Of a stretch of DNA of 64,000 nucleotides, positions 50,071 to 60,776 are shown one piece after another. Positions within the stretch are counted from its first letter, which is position 1; each line of letters begins with the position of its first letter. A model generated the notes under the pieces. That model was not told where the DNA came from and did no database searches. It saw only the letters and a list, made by a program, of their open reading frames with translations. The position numbers and the translations under genes were made by a program. This DNA comes from Alkalispirochaeta sp. (GTDB taxonomy: Bacteria > Spirochaetota > Spirochaetia > DSM-27196 > Alkalispirochaetaceae), in assembly GCA_965242725.1 (NCBI GenBank), contig CBDESZ010000018.1:404578-468577 (forward strand), in the 5' to 3' direction.

Positions 50071-51303
50071 CTACACTCCCCGCTCTTCCAGCATGTAGGG
50101 CAGCATGGCGTAGAAGGCGCTGCATATTTCCAGATCGGCAACGCGGGTGATTTCATTGGGCGCATGAGCCTGGTTCTCGTCGCCCGGCCCGAAGCCGATC
50201 GCCGGAATTCCGTGACGTCCCGTCGTGGCAACGAGATTGGTGGAGAATGTCCATTTGTCGATAACCGGTTCCGAATCGAAGAGCAGCCGAAACGCTTCCG
50301 CCCCCGATTGAACAAGGGGATGATCCGCCGCCGTCTTCCATGAGGGAAAGAACAGCTCCTGACCGTAGTCGGTGTTTTTCCAGCCCCTCTTCTCGTAGTT
50401 GGGCATCGTCACTTCCACCGCGGATTCATCCTCGCCCAATGCCGCGGCCATGTACGTTTTCACCTGAGCGATCGCCGTTTCCTTTGTCTCGCCCCAGGTC
50501 AGTCGACGGTCCAGGTAGAGCATCGCCTGGTCGGGAACGGCGCACTGGGAAGGTCCGTGTACATCGATCTGGCTCACCACAATCGTCCCCTTGCCGAGAA
50601 AGTTCTCACCGTCCGGCTCGAGGCGTGTATTGAGTTCCTCCATCGCCAGCGCCGCCCGGGCGGCTTTATAGGCGGCACTTACCCCCCGCTCCGGCGCCGA
50701 TCCGTGGGCAGAAATGCCCCGCAGGCGCGCAACCATTTCCATGCGTCCCCGATGGCCGCGGTAGATTCGGCAGGAGGTCGGTTCCGTGGAAACGACGAGA
50801 TCAGGTTTCAGCCCCTCCTCCTCGATGAGATACTTCCAGCACATGCCGTCGCAGTCTTCTTCCATGACGGTGAAGGTGAAATACACGCTCCACGCTCCAC
50901 GGTAGTCCAACTCCTTCAGAATCCGGCCTGCCATGAGCATCGCCGCAACGCCGCCCTTCTGATCCGAGGTTCCCCGCCCGTGGACAATTCCGTCTACGAT
51001 ATTCCCGGAAAAGGGGTCCCCCTTCCACTGCGCCGGATCACCCACCTCCACCGTATCGATGTGACCGTCGATGGCGAGCGCCTTCGGTCCCGACCCGATA
51101 CGGGCGACGACACTTCCCAGGCCGTCAATACGCACCTCGTCAAAGCCGTGCTCCCGGCAGATCGACTCCACCTCCCTGCTTGCCGCCTCTTCAGCGGCAC
51201 TGTACGACTTTATACGGACCAGTCGACTCAGGAGTCTCGCCGTGTCGTCCCGGTACATCCCCGCCAGTTTTCTGATTGCTTCCGCACGTTCACTGATTGT
51301 CAT
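50071..51303 (-). CDS. ygeY: YgeY-type M20 hydrolase
   Basis: DGHIDTV, GRGTSDQKGG, EEDCDG, RGHRGRME, WTFSTN, AHAPNE. Confidence 0.9.
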   Translation of the reverse strand: MTISERAEAIRKLAGMYRDDTARLLSRLVRIKSYSAAEEAASREVESICREHGFDEVRIDGLGSVVARIGSGPKALAIDGHIDTVEVGDPAQWKGDPFSGNIVDGIVHGRGTSDQKGGVAAMLMAGRILKELDYRGAWSVYFTFTVMEEDCDGMCWKYLIEEEGLKPDLVVSTEPTSCRIYRGHRGRMEMVARLRGISAHGSAPERGVSAAYKAARAALAMEELNTRLEPDGENFLGKGTIVVSQIDVHGPSQCAVPDQAMLYLDRRLTWGETKETAIAQVKTYMAAALGEDESAVEVTMPNYEKRGWKNTDYGQELFFPSWKTAADHPLVQSGAEAFRLLFDSEPVIDKWTFSTNLVATTGRHGIPAIGFGPGDENQAHAPNEITRVADLEICSAFYAMLPYMLEERGV

Positions 51304-51384
51304 TCCTTCACGCCCCTTGTTGCGTCCTTGTTCCGGCCGTCGTTCCGTCGTCGAACCCCTCAGGATCGGCCGTTGTCGTCTTTG

Positions 51385-52719
51385 TCACGGTGAGACGTTG
51401 TTCATCCGTTCCCACAGTCGCCTCGCCTGTTGTTGCGCCTCCCCGTAAATTTCCCGAAGGTCCAGGGCGAACCGACGGTTCTCCATGACGATCTTTCCGT
51501 CGATCATCACGGTTTCCACGATTTCAGGTCCCATTCCGAACATGAAGTGTCCCGCTATATTTTCCGGAATGAGAGGCGTCGGAGCCGGGTAATCAACGAC
51601 GATGAGATCCGCGGCGTATCCCGGTTCCACCCTGCCGAAGGGACGTCTGAAGAGCCGCTCAAGCAGGGCGTTCCCTGACGAGAGGGCTTTGAGAAAGTCG
51701 GGCGCACCCATTGGACCGTGGGCGTCGCGATGCTTGAAAAAGGCGGTCTGGGCACTTGAGAACATGTTGCTTCCGATACCGTCGGTTCCGAGGGCGAGGT
51801 TTTTAACCTTCGGAAGAAGTCCGTTGTATCCGACGCCGTTATTCATGTTGGAGCGACAGTTGTGCACGAGAAAGGCATCGGCTGTGTTCATGATTTCAAC
51901 TTCATCGGCAGTGAGAAATACGCCGTGGACAAGGACGGTTTTGTCGCTTATCAGTCCGTGACGGTCCAATCGTGGAATAAGATCCTCCCCATAGTGCATA
52001 TGGGAATGGGAGACGTCCCAGCGGTCCTCGGCAACGTGAATGTGGAGCCCCCGACCCGTTCGTTCACACGCATCGGCCAGCAACGTCAGCCCGTCGTCCG
52101 GCAGGGTACACGGCGCGTGACCGCCGACGAGACTTTCAACCAGCGGCGACCGCCCGTCCCGGGTCTCGTCGTCGATGAGCTCCGCAAAGGCAATGTTTTC
52201 CGCCACCCCCTCATGCATCGTGTCGGCACCGTACCGGTCGGTTACTTCAAAACACGCGGCACCCCGCAACCCCGCCGTCTCAAACGCCCTCTTTATCGTC
52301 GTGAGAGATCCCGTGACGGCATCTGCGGCGGCGTGATGGTCGATTGCGGAGGTTGTACCGCATCGAATCGCGTCCAGAGAGGCGGTAAGCGCCGAGGAGT
52401 AGAGAATTTCAAAGTCGATGGCCCGATCGAGTCTCCACCACAGTTGGCGAAGAATGGAGACGAAGTCGGGCATGGCGTTGAGTTCCGCCGTTATCCCTCT
52501 GGCGAGGGCGGAATAGTAGTGGGTATGGCTGTTTACCAGTCCCGGAAGCAGCAATTTCCCCGTGAGATCGATGACCCGTTCGGCCGCATCGCCGCCGGTC
52601 GGCATCCCCGCATCAGGCCCCACTTCATAAATGACGTTTCCCTCCACCGCGACGTTCACCCCTTCCCGCACGCGGGGCGGATCAAACTCAACGACAGTTG
52701 CATTCCTGAAGACGGTCAT
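51385..52719 (-). CDS. ssnA: SsnA-type amidohydrolase
   Basis: HTHYYSALARG, LWWRLDRA, DHHA, HIHVAED, RSNMNN, GTDG. Confidence 0.92.
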   Translation of the reverse strand: MTVFRNATVVEFDPPRVREGVNVAVEGNVIYEVGPDAGMPTGGDAAERVIDLTGKLLLPGLVNSHTHYYSALARGITAELNAMPDFVSILRQLWWRLDRAIDFEILYSSALTASLDAIRCGTTSAIDHHAAADAVTGSLTTIKRAFETAGLRGAACFEVTDRYGADTMHEGVAENIAFAELIDDETRDGRSPLVESLVGGHAPCTLPDDGLTLLADACERTGRGLHIHVAEDRWDVSHSHMHYGEDLIPRLDRHGLISDKTVLVHGVFLTADEVEIMNTADAFLVHNCRSNMNNGVGYNGLLPKVKNLALGTDGIGSNMFSSAQTAFFKHRDAHGPMGAPDFLKALSSGNALLERLFRRPFGRVEPGYAADLIVVDYPAPTPLIPENIAGHFMFGMGPEIVETVMIDGKIVMENRRFALDLREIYGEAQQQARRLWERMNNVSP

Positions 52720-55700
52720 CTGGGCACCCCCTGAACCGGCGGATCCACATTTCCGAAAAGATGTGGCCGTCGGGTCATCATGAGCGAAAGAAGCCGATAG
52801 AAGCGTGCTTCATCCCTGGACGTATACGCCGTTGAGGCCGTGCCGCGGAAGCCGGCTGCTGCAGCTTCCGCAGCGGCGACCGGAACGGTTTCACTTCGAC
52901 GGCGCGCCTCGGCACGGGTTGTTTCAGAGACGGTTCCATCGTACCGCACATGGACAGTCTCCCCTTCAATGAACCAGCCCGGGTTGACGCTGTCGGTGAA
53001 GTCTTCATAGGTGCTGAAGACCGTCGGTTTGTCTACATAGGGAACGCCTTCGCGCCATGGACAGAAGTGACCGCAATTTCCGCATTCATTGCAGTAGGCG
53101 TCGATATGGACGATCTCAAAGGGGTTGGAAAAGAGGGGATCCTTCTCTACGGACACGGCGATATTCGCCCTGTTGGGACAGACATCGACACACTTGTTGC
53201 ACACAAAATCGCATTCCAGGCAGCGGGAAAGCTCCCTCGCACCGAAGGCCGTGGCATCCCCTGACGTCGACGCGTCCGGTTTTGCCACGATGTCTCCCCG
53301 CTTTTCCAGGATGTCCGCGTATCGACGATCCGCGTCCATCGGGGGAATCTTTTCCTCCCGGTTCCACTCCGAGTCCACCCTGAGACAGATCGCATCCGAC
53401 GCCTTCCGCCCTTCGGCAATGCATTGGACGATTGTGGAGGGGCCGGTGCGGCCGTCACCGATGAGATAGACATCTTCCAGTTCGGTCTCGCCCGTCTCGC
53501 CTGCCGGAATCCGCCCCTCCTTCGCCGCAAGACCGAGACGTTCAAGCATCGCCGTATCGGGGTCGTCACCGATGGCGGATATGACGCTGTCGGCGGCGAT
53601 CGTTTCCGTTTCTCCCGTGGGCACGGGGCGGCGCCGTCCGGATGCGTCCTTTTCTCCAAGCGTCATGACCTCCACCGTCAGCGTCCCGTCCGCATCAAAT
53701 CGCCGGGGATTGCGGAGCCATCGGAACCGAATTCCGTCGTTCCTGGTGAGATCGTACTCCTCCCGTGTCGCCGGCATCTGCTCCGACGCCCGGCGGTAGA
53801 CTATTGAAACCTCCTCGACGCCGGGAGAACGAAGGGCCGACCTGGCGCAGTCCATGGCGGTGTCGCCGGCACCGATTACGGCGACGCGTTTTCCGAGTGA
53901 CAGCTGAGACGGGTCACGGTTGAACTGGATGAGAAAGGGGAAGGCGGCGTAGACATGCCGATTATCTCCATCCAGCCGCAACGGTCGGCTTCGGTATGTC
54001 CCCACCGCATAGAGAATGAAGGAAAACCCGTCGACCCGGAGCCGTTCGACGGTAACATCCTCCTCATCCGCGCCGAATCGAAACGCCACACCGTGATCCC
54101 CGATGAAGGCGATATCGCTCTCTATCGCCTCCCGGGGGATGCGGAAATGGGGGACCACGTATCTGACCACGCCGCCGGCGTCGGGCTGACGCTCAAAAAG
54201 CGTGACGGGAAAGTGTTCCCTGGCGAGAAAGTACGCCGCCGAGAGCCCCGCCGGTCCTGCCCCGACGACGGCTACACGTTCGTTTCGTTTCCGGCCCGGA
54301 GCGTGCCAACCCGCGCGATATCCTTCCATCCCGTTAAGAACGGCAAGACGTTTGATTTCGCGGATATTTATACACCCTTCATAGTCAAGGCGGGTGCAGA
54401 CCGACTGGCACTGATGGTCGCAAATATGGCCCGTGATCGACGGCAGGGCATTTCGTTCATAGATAAGCTGCAGCGCTTCTTCATAGCGCCCCTCGCCGAC
54501 GAGGCGGATGTAGCCCGGGATATGCTGATGTATGGCACATGCGGTGACACACGGCGCCTCATAGCAGTCGAAAAGGGGAAGTTTCCCGGGACTTTCAACA
54601 GAATCGTCGCCACGAAAACTCTTATGCAACGCCGGATCGCTGAAAATACCCGCCGCAAGGGCCTGCAGTGCCGGGACGTCAATGTTTTTCCGGTCCGCCG
54701 CCCCGGCGTCGTCCGAGAGAAGGGTGTCCACCTTCTCCGCAATCTGCCGTGTCCGCAGATATCCCCCCGGCTTGAGCAGTTCCGTCGCGAGCGTGAGGGG
54801 TCGTATGCCGGTCTGAAAGAGCGCTTCCACGTTGTGGGCCGAAATTCCTCCGGAAAACGAGATCGGCAGATCACCGCTGAAATGTTCCGACAGGCGTGCC
54901 GCAAGGGTAAGGGAAAGGGGATAGAGGGCACGCCCGGAAAGGTAGAAGTCATCCCCGGGCAGCCGTTCAGCGGTATTTCGCGCAGCCAGCGTATTTGTCA
55001 GCTTTACGCCGAACTGTCGTCCCCTCTTTGTTGCGGTCTCCCGCAGCCGCGTGAGAATGTCGATCGCATCGGGATACTGCAGGTCCCTGTCAAAGCCGTC
55101 CCGGTCAAGTTGGACGTATCCGTACCCAAGCTTCCCGAGGATTTCGTTCACCTTCTCATATCCGAGCAGTGTCGGATTGAGTTTTACATAGGTGTCCAGT
55201 CCCTCTTCCGTGAGCATATGGGTACAAATCGCTTCTATTTCCGCGGGGGGGCAGCCGTGCATCGTCGAGAGGGTTACGGACCGACAAATATGCGGCGATA
55301 TTTCAAGGGAGGAAAGACCCTTCGCTCGCTCTTCAAGTTCGGTCCCCCTGAGCATGACCGGCAGTCTGCTCCGCACCGCTTCCACCCATGTATGAAACCG
55401 TTCTTCTCCGGAGGAGTCCTTCATGCGGGCGATGTATCGCGTCATCGGCTCAGAAAGGATTCCCTTGAGGTCGTAGCCCACGCTCATATTGAATATGAAG
55501 GAGCGGCGATGGTCGGAACGCGCCATGGCGAAGATGTATTCAACGGCGTGGAGCAGAATCCACCCCTTTGCATACTCCTGCCACGCCTCATCAAGGGCGA
55601 GTTCGGTGGACCACTCAGTATTGTACCCCTCGTCGGTGACATCAATACACGGTTTTTCAATCTCAAGGGCATCGAGGATCTGTACCGTTTTCAGTTCTAT

Positions 55701-55938
55701 GAACCGGCTTCCCGTGAGATAGGAGGCGAGAATATTGACCGCAAGCTGTGTATGCGGCCCCGCTGCGGGACCGAGAGGCAGCCCGCACCGTTCGCTGAGT
55801 ATTTCAACGCCGTGCGCGTTTTGTGGTCTGAACCACAACCGTTCGGGTACCTCGAGAATCGAACGCTCTCCGCGATACTCCTCGAAATATTCGTTCAAGA
55901 AGATCGTCAAAAGGAACGAGGCGCATCTTGTCGCCCAT
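52716..55938 (-). CDS. ygfK: YgfK-type Fe-S flavoenzyme (one apparent frameshift near 55885-55887)
   Basis: MGDKMR start with GGAGGAG RBS; GPAAGPHTQ, STMHGCPP, KLNPTLLG, Cys clusters, GAGPAG, CNECGNC. Confidence 0.92.
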
Positions 55939-56068
55939 ACACTCCTCCCCTGTGAGTATGCGGGGACAAGTAGAATATGAGCGGCCCCGCATGTACGGTC
56001 CGACTATCCTTTTTGGGTTTACCCTGAAAAAAAGAATAGGAAAAATCAGTTGTCCGGTAACAATTATG

Positions 56069-56097
56069 ATGGTAAGACCACTCTGATGGTCTGTCAA
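56069..56097 (-). promoter_or_regulatory. Sigma70-type promoter for the ygfK operon, with an inverted repeat in the spacer
   Basis: Minus strand TTGACA-17 bp-TACCAT; AGACCA-N6-TGGTCT at 56075-56092. Confidence 0.7.
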
Positions 56098-56099
56098 GT

Positions 56100-56151
56100 T
56101 TGACCTCTTCCGCGGCGACGACGATGGTCGTGCCGCCGCAAAAGAGGTCGA
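56100..56151 (-). terminator. Long hairpin after the permease stop
   Basis: gacctctt..gcggcg..acgac / gtcgt..cgccgc..aagaggtc; no clear U tract. Confidence 0.5.
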
Positions 56152-56156
56152 TGAGA

Positions 56157-57447
56157 TTAAATGAAGAACGTAAGAAGAAGGATCAGTGCGAGAAGATAGG
56201 TCACCGGGCTGACCTCCTTGCCCCTGCCTGAAAATTGCCTTCAGCACGACAAAGGAGATAAGTCCCCAGACGATTCCTTCGGCGATGCTGTACGCCAGCG
56301 GCATCATGACAATCGTGAGAAATGCCGGAAGGGCAACGGTGATATCCGAGAAATCTATCTCCCTGACCGGTCCCATCATGAACACACCGACAAGTATGAG
56401 GGCCGGTGCGGTAGCCGCGCCGGGTACGAGGAGGAACAGCGGACTCAGAAAGAGAGCCAGGAGGAAGAGAATCGCCGTGACGAGGGAGGTGAGTCCCGTC
56501 CGTCCGCCCTCTTCCACACCTGCGGCACTCTCAACGTAGGTCGTGACCGTTGAAGTTCCGAGAATCGCACCGACCGTCGTTCCCACGGCGTCGGCGATGA
56601 GCGCCTGCTTTGCCCGCGGTATTTTCCCGTCGGAGGTCATGAGACCCGCCTTTGTGGAGACGCCGATGAGCGTTCCCACGGTGTCGAAGATATCGACAAA
56701 GAGAAAGGTGAAGAGGACGACCAGCATGTCCAGCGTGAATATTGCGGCAAAGTCAAACTGGAAGAGGATCGGTGCGAGTGAAGGGGGCGCCGAGAAGAGG
56801 CGGAAACCCTCGACATTGGTGACACCCATGGGGATACCGATGATCGTTGAAATGAGGATTCCCCACAACAGCGCACCTGTCACCTTGTATGCAAGCATTC
56901 CCGCCGTAATGACCAGACCGATCACCGCCAGCAGCGCCGCGGGATCTCCAAAGGATCCGAGACCGACGAGGGTGGCGGGATTGTCAACGATGATTCCGGC
57001 GTTCTGCATACCGATGAAGGCGATAAAGAGGCCGATACCGACGGAAACGGCCTTCTTTATGTTTGCCGGAATCAGATTGATAATGGCTTCCCGGACGTTA
57101 AAGAAGGAGAGAACGAGAAAAATAATACCTTCCAGAAAGACCGCAGTCAGTGCCATCTGCCAGGAATACCCCATGCCGAGCACGACGGTGAATGCAAAAA
57201 ACGCGTTCAGCCCCATTCCGGGTGCCAGGGCGAAGGGCAACTTGGCGACAAGCGCCATCACGAGCGTGGCGATAAGAGACGCCAGCGCCGTCGCGGTAAA
57301 TACCGAGTCCGCCGGCATTCCCGTTGCCGACAGTATCCCCGGGTTGACGGCGAGGATATACGCCATCGTCAAAAAGGTTGTGAGTCCCGCAATCACTTCC
57401 GTCTTTACGGTCGTGTTGTTGGCCTTCAATTGGAAGTACTTTTCCAT
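56157..57447 (-). CDS. NCS2/AzgA-type purine permease (apparent frameshift at 56231-56234)
   Basis: AGLTTFLTMAYILAVNP, APGMGLNAFF, DIFDTVGT, TTYVESAAG..GGRTG; removing one base gives the ending SGRGKEVSPVTYLLALILLLTFFI*. Confidence 0.92.
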
Positions 57448-57588
57448 TCTCTGCCCCCTTGGTTGGTTTGTGGTGAAACGTAATTTGGGTACGAAGTATA
57501 GAAGTAACTGTAAACTGTTAACGCGGGGGTGACAATATTGAAAACCCCTATATATCGGGACTATGCTTTAGGAAGGGGGGACGACGGC

Positions 57589-59334
57589 ATGGACAGGAAA
57601 CACCTCATCGACGTCGCCATGGGCCGAAAGCCGGCAGACGTGGTTTTTACCAACGGACGGATCGTCAATGTCTTCACCCGGGAGATTGTTGGAGGTGAAA
57701 TAGCCGTCGCCGGTGGCGTCATTGCGGCGATCGGTGACTCGGGAACGTATCGGGGCAACAAAACGGTTGATCTGGAGGGAAAGACCGTCATTCCCGGACT
57801 GATAGACAGCCACGTACATATCGAATCATCACTGTTGTCGCCGGAACAGTTCGCCCGACTCGTTGTGCCCCGAGGCACGACGACGGTGGTTGCAGACCCC
57901 CATGAAATCGCCAACGTCGCCGGCATCGACGGAATTCGCTACATGATTGATGCCGCAAAGGACGTACCTCTCGACGTTTTTTTTCATGCTCCCCTCATGT
58001 AGTTCCTGCGACCTTCGTTTGAAAATGCCGGCGCCGTGCTTGACGCACGCGCCCTCTCGGCGCTGATCGATGAGGAAAAGGTGCTCGGTCTCGGTGAGGT
58101 AATGGATTATCCGTCGGTGCTGAACGGCGATTCCCCGATACTGGACAAGATCGAACTTGCGACAATGCGAAACAAGCGCATCGACGGCCACGCGCCGATG
58201 GTTCTCGGTGGTGATCTTGCAGCCTACCGCGCCGCAGGAATCGAGACGGACCATGAATGCTCCACCGTGGAAGAGATGGAACAGCGCCTCCGTCTGGGAA
58301 ATGCGCGTGCTGATCCGGGAGGGGTCGGCGGCGCGTAATCTCACCACCCTCATCACGGGGCTTGATGAGGCAAAGGCCCGGTATTGCAGTTTCTGTACCG
58401 ACGACAAGCAGCCTGCGGATATCCTTGCCGAGGGACATATCGACCATAACGTCCGTCTCGCGATACGTAACGGTGTCGATCCGGTCACGGCGATACAAAT
58501 GGCTACCCTGAATGCGGCAACGTGTCACAATCTCCGCGGGAAGGGAGCGGTGTCGCCGGGATATGACGCGGATCTTGTCGTCCTTGATGACGTACATACA
58601 TTTTCCGTTCGGCAGGTGGTACAAGAACGGCACCCTCGTCGCGGAGGACCATCACGCCGTATTTTCCGTGAAGAGCGCCGACACGGAAGCGGTAACCGGC
58701 ACGGTGCGGGTACAAGATTTTTCCGCCCGACGTCTGCGCCTTCCCCTGAAGACGGGGGGTCGCCCGGGTGATCGGCATCAAGCCGGGAGATCTCATTACG
58801 GAGCTCCTCATTCGACACGTTGAACGCGATGAAGACGGCTTTTTTGTCCACAACGAAGATATCGATATCTGCAAGCTCGCGGTGATAGAGCGGCACAAGG
58901 GGCTGGGAAATGTCGGCCTCGGGCTGGTAGAGGGATTTCAGCTCCACGGCGGAGCGATCGCCACGACTATCGCCCACGATTCCCACAACATTATCGTCCT
59001 TGGCGACAACGACATCGACATCGTACTCGCCGTGGAGGAACTCATTCGCTGGCGCCGGAGGCATGACCGTCTCGGTGGAGGGAGAAATCCGGGGAACCCT
59101 CCCCCTTCCGATCGCCGGCCTCATGTCAACGGATTCGGGAGAACGGGTGGAAAGGAAACTTGCGGAACTCAATCAACTTGCCGCGGAACGAGCTGGGGCT
59201 CAATCCCTCAATCGACCCCTTCATGACGCTCTCCTTTCTCGCCCTTCCGGTCATTCTCGCGGTTGAAGCTCACCGACATGGGACTCTTTGATGTGACAAA
59301 CTTTTCATTTACCGATATTGACGCGGAAGGATAG
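57589..59334 (+). CDS. ade: Adenine deaminase (multiple apparent frameshifts)
   Basis: DSHVHIESS, DPHEIANV, DGHAP, TDHEC, REGS, FCTDD, IERH, AHDSHN, LPIAGLMS, KLTDMGLFD across several frames. Confidence 0.85.
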
Positions 59335-59373
59335 ACGCCGACCCGTTCCCCCTGCTGCAATTCTTCCCGACAG

Positions 59374-60776
59374 TCACCCTCCGGCGAGGCGGACGAGACG
59401 TTGTGCCGCCGTGTTGCCGTCCCGGAAAAGCGCTTCTTCGTCATTAGCCCGTCAGGCGACCATCCCGCACCACCACCCGTCCATTGACGATCGTGTATGC
59501 CGTACCGTGGTTGTAGCCGGCAAATATCAACGCCGCCAGCGGGTCCTCCAGCGCCCCTGCGTACTCAAATCGATGAACATCGAAGAGCGCCAAATCGGCG
59601 GCCCACCCCGTCGACAGCCGCCCCACTCCCTCAAAGCCGAGGGTCCGGGCGCCCCCCATGGTGGCCATATCGAGAATTTCCCTCGCCCCGACGGCGTCCG
59701 AGCCGTAGTGGACACGCTGCAGGAGCAGGGCGTTTCGCATTTCACCGAGAAAATCACTTGTATCGTTACTCGCCGAACCGTCCACACCGATTGAAACGGG
59801 AATACCCAGCTTTTTCATCTCGACGACCCGGGCGATACCCGACCCCAGACGCATATTTGACGAGGGACAGTGGCTCACGCCGCACCCCGTTTCCCTGAGC
59901 ACCGCCAGTTCTTCATCGGTAAAGAATATTCCGTGGGCAAAATAAACGTCCGGTCCGACATAGTCGCAGCGCTCCATGAGCGCCAGCGGACGTACGCCGA
60001 AGACCTCCATGCAGAATGCAATCCTCGTCTTTGGTTTCCGCCAGATGGGTATGCAGTCGAACGCCGAAGCGTCGCGCCAGTGCCGCAGTCTCTTTCATCA
60101 GTTCCGGGGTCACGCTGAAGGGGCTGCAGGGAGCGAGGGTGATCTTTCTCATGGACAGGGGTGAATCGTCGTGGAAGCGTCTGATCACCTCCTCAGCTCT
60201 GTGGGCAAGAAATCTCCTCATCCCGTCTGTACCTACCGAATCGGGGGGCAGTCCTCCGTCCTTTGCCTTCTTTGCTCAGACTCATGGAACCCCGGGAGGG
60301 AGAAAAGCGGATACCCAGCGTCTCTGCCGCCTCAAACTGCGTCGCCACGATGTCGCCGTCAAAGGTACGGGGATAGAGGTAGTGGTGGTCGGTGGTGGTT
60401 GTGCACCCCGTCTTGAGGAGCTCTCCCACGGCGAGCATCGTGGATGCCCGCACCGCCTCGGAGTCGATATGCTTCCACACTTCGTAGTGGTAGAGGAGCC
60501 ATTCAAAGAGTTTGGCGTCCTGGGCATCCGGGAGCGCCCGCGTCAGGGTCTGGAAGAAATGGTGGTGGGTGTTGACGAATCCGGGAACAACAACCATCCG
60601 GGAGGCGTCGATGACCTCCACATCGTCGGCGGCCGCCCTTTTCCGCCCACCTCCTCGGGGGTGATATCCGGGGCGATACGCGTGATCGTGGTGTCCGCGA
60701 CGGCGATATCCCAGCCGCGCCCGCCGTCGGCGACATCGGGAGACTCGATGTGAAAACAGTTTTTAATGAGAATCAT
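59374..60776 (-). CDS. 8-oxoguanine deaminase-like amidohydrolase (multiple apparent frameshifts)
   Basis: NTHHHFFQTLTR, DHHY, APCSPFSVT, HTHLAET, HCPSSNMRLGSG, GVDGSASND across frames. Confidence 0.8.

Noticed and set aside
52716..55938. Selenate reductase or selenoprotein call for ygfK
   Set aside because: Legacy annotation; context points to purine catabolism, and the reading frames contain no in-frame TGA needing recoding.
53955..55955. 666-aa plus-strand ORF and other long antisense ORFs
   Set aside because: They lie opposite well-supported genes, show no motifs, and are expected in GC-rich coding DNA.
55950..56040. Purine riboswitch before ygfK
   Set aside because: Fragments such as ctcatat, ttctac and gtccgactat occur, but not on one strand in the required order and spacing.
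55804..56230. Permease fused to the YgfK N-terminus
   Set aside because: Explained by two single-base shifts; a promoter, a hairpin and an RBS lie in the interval.
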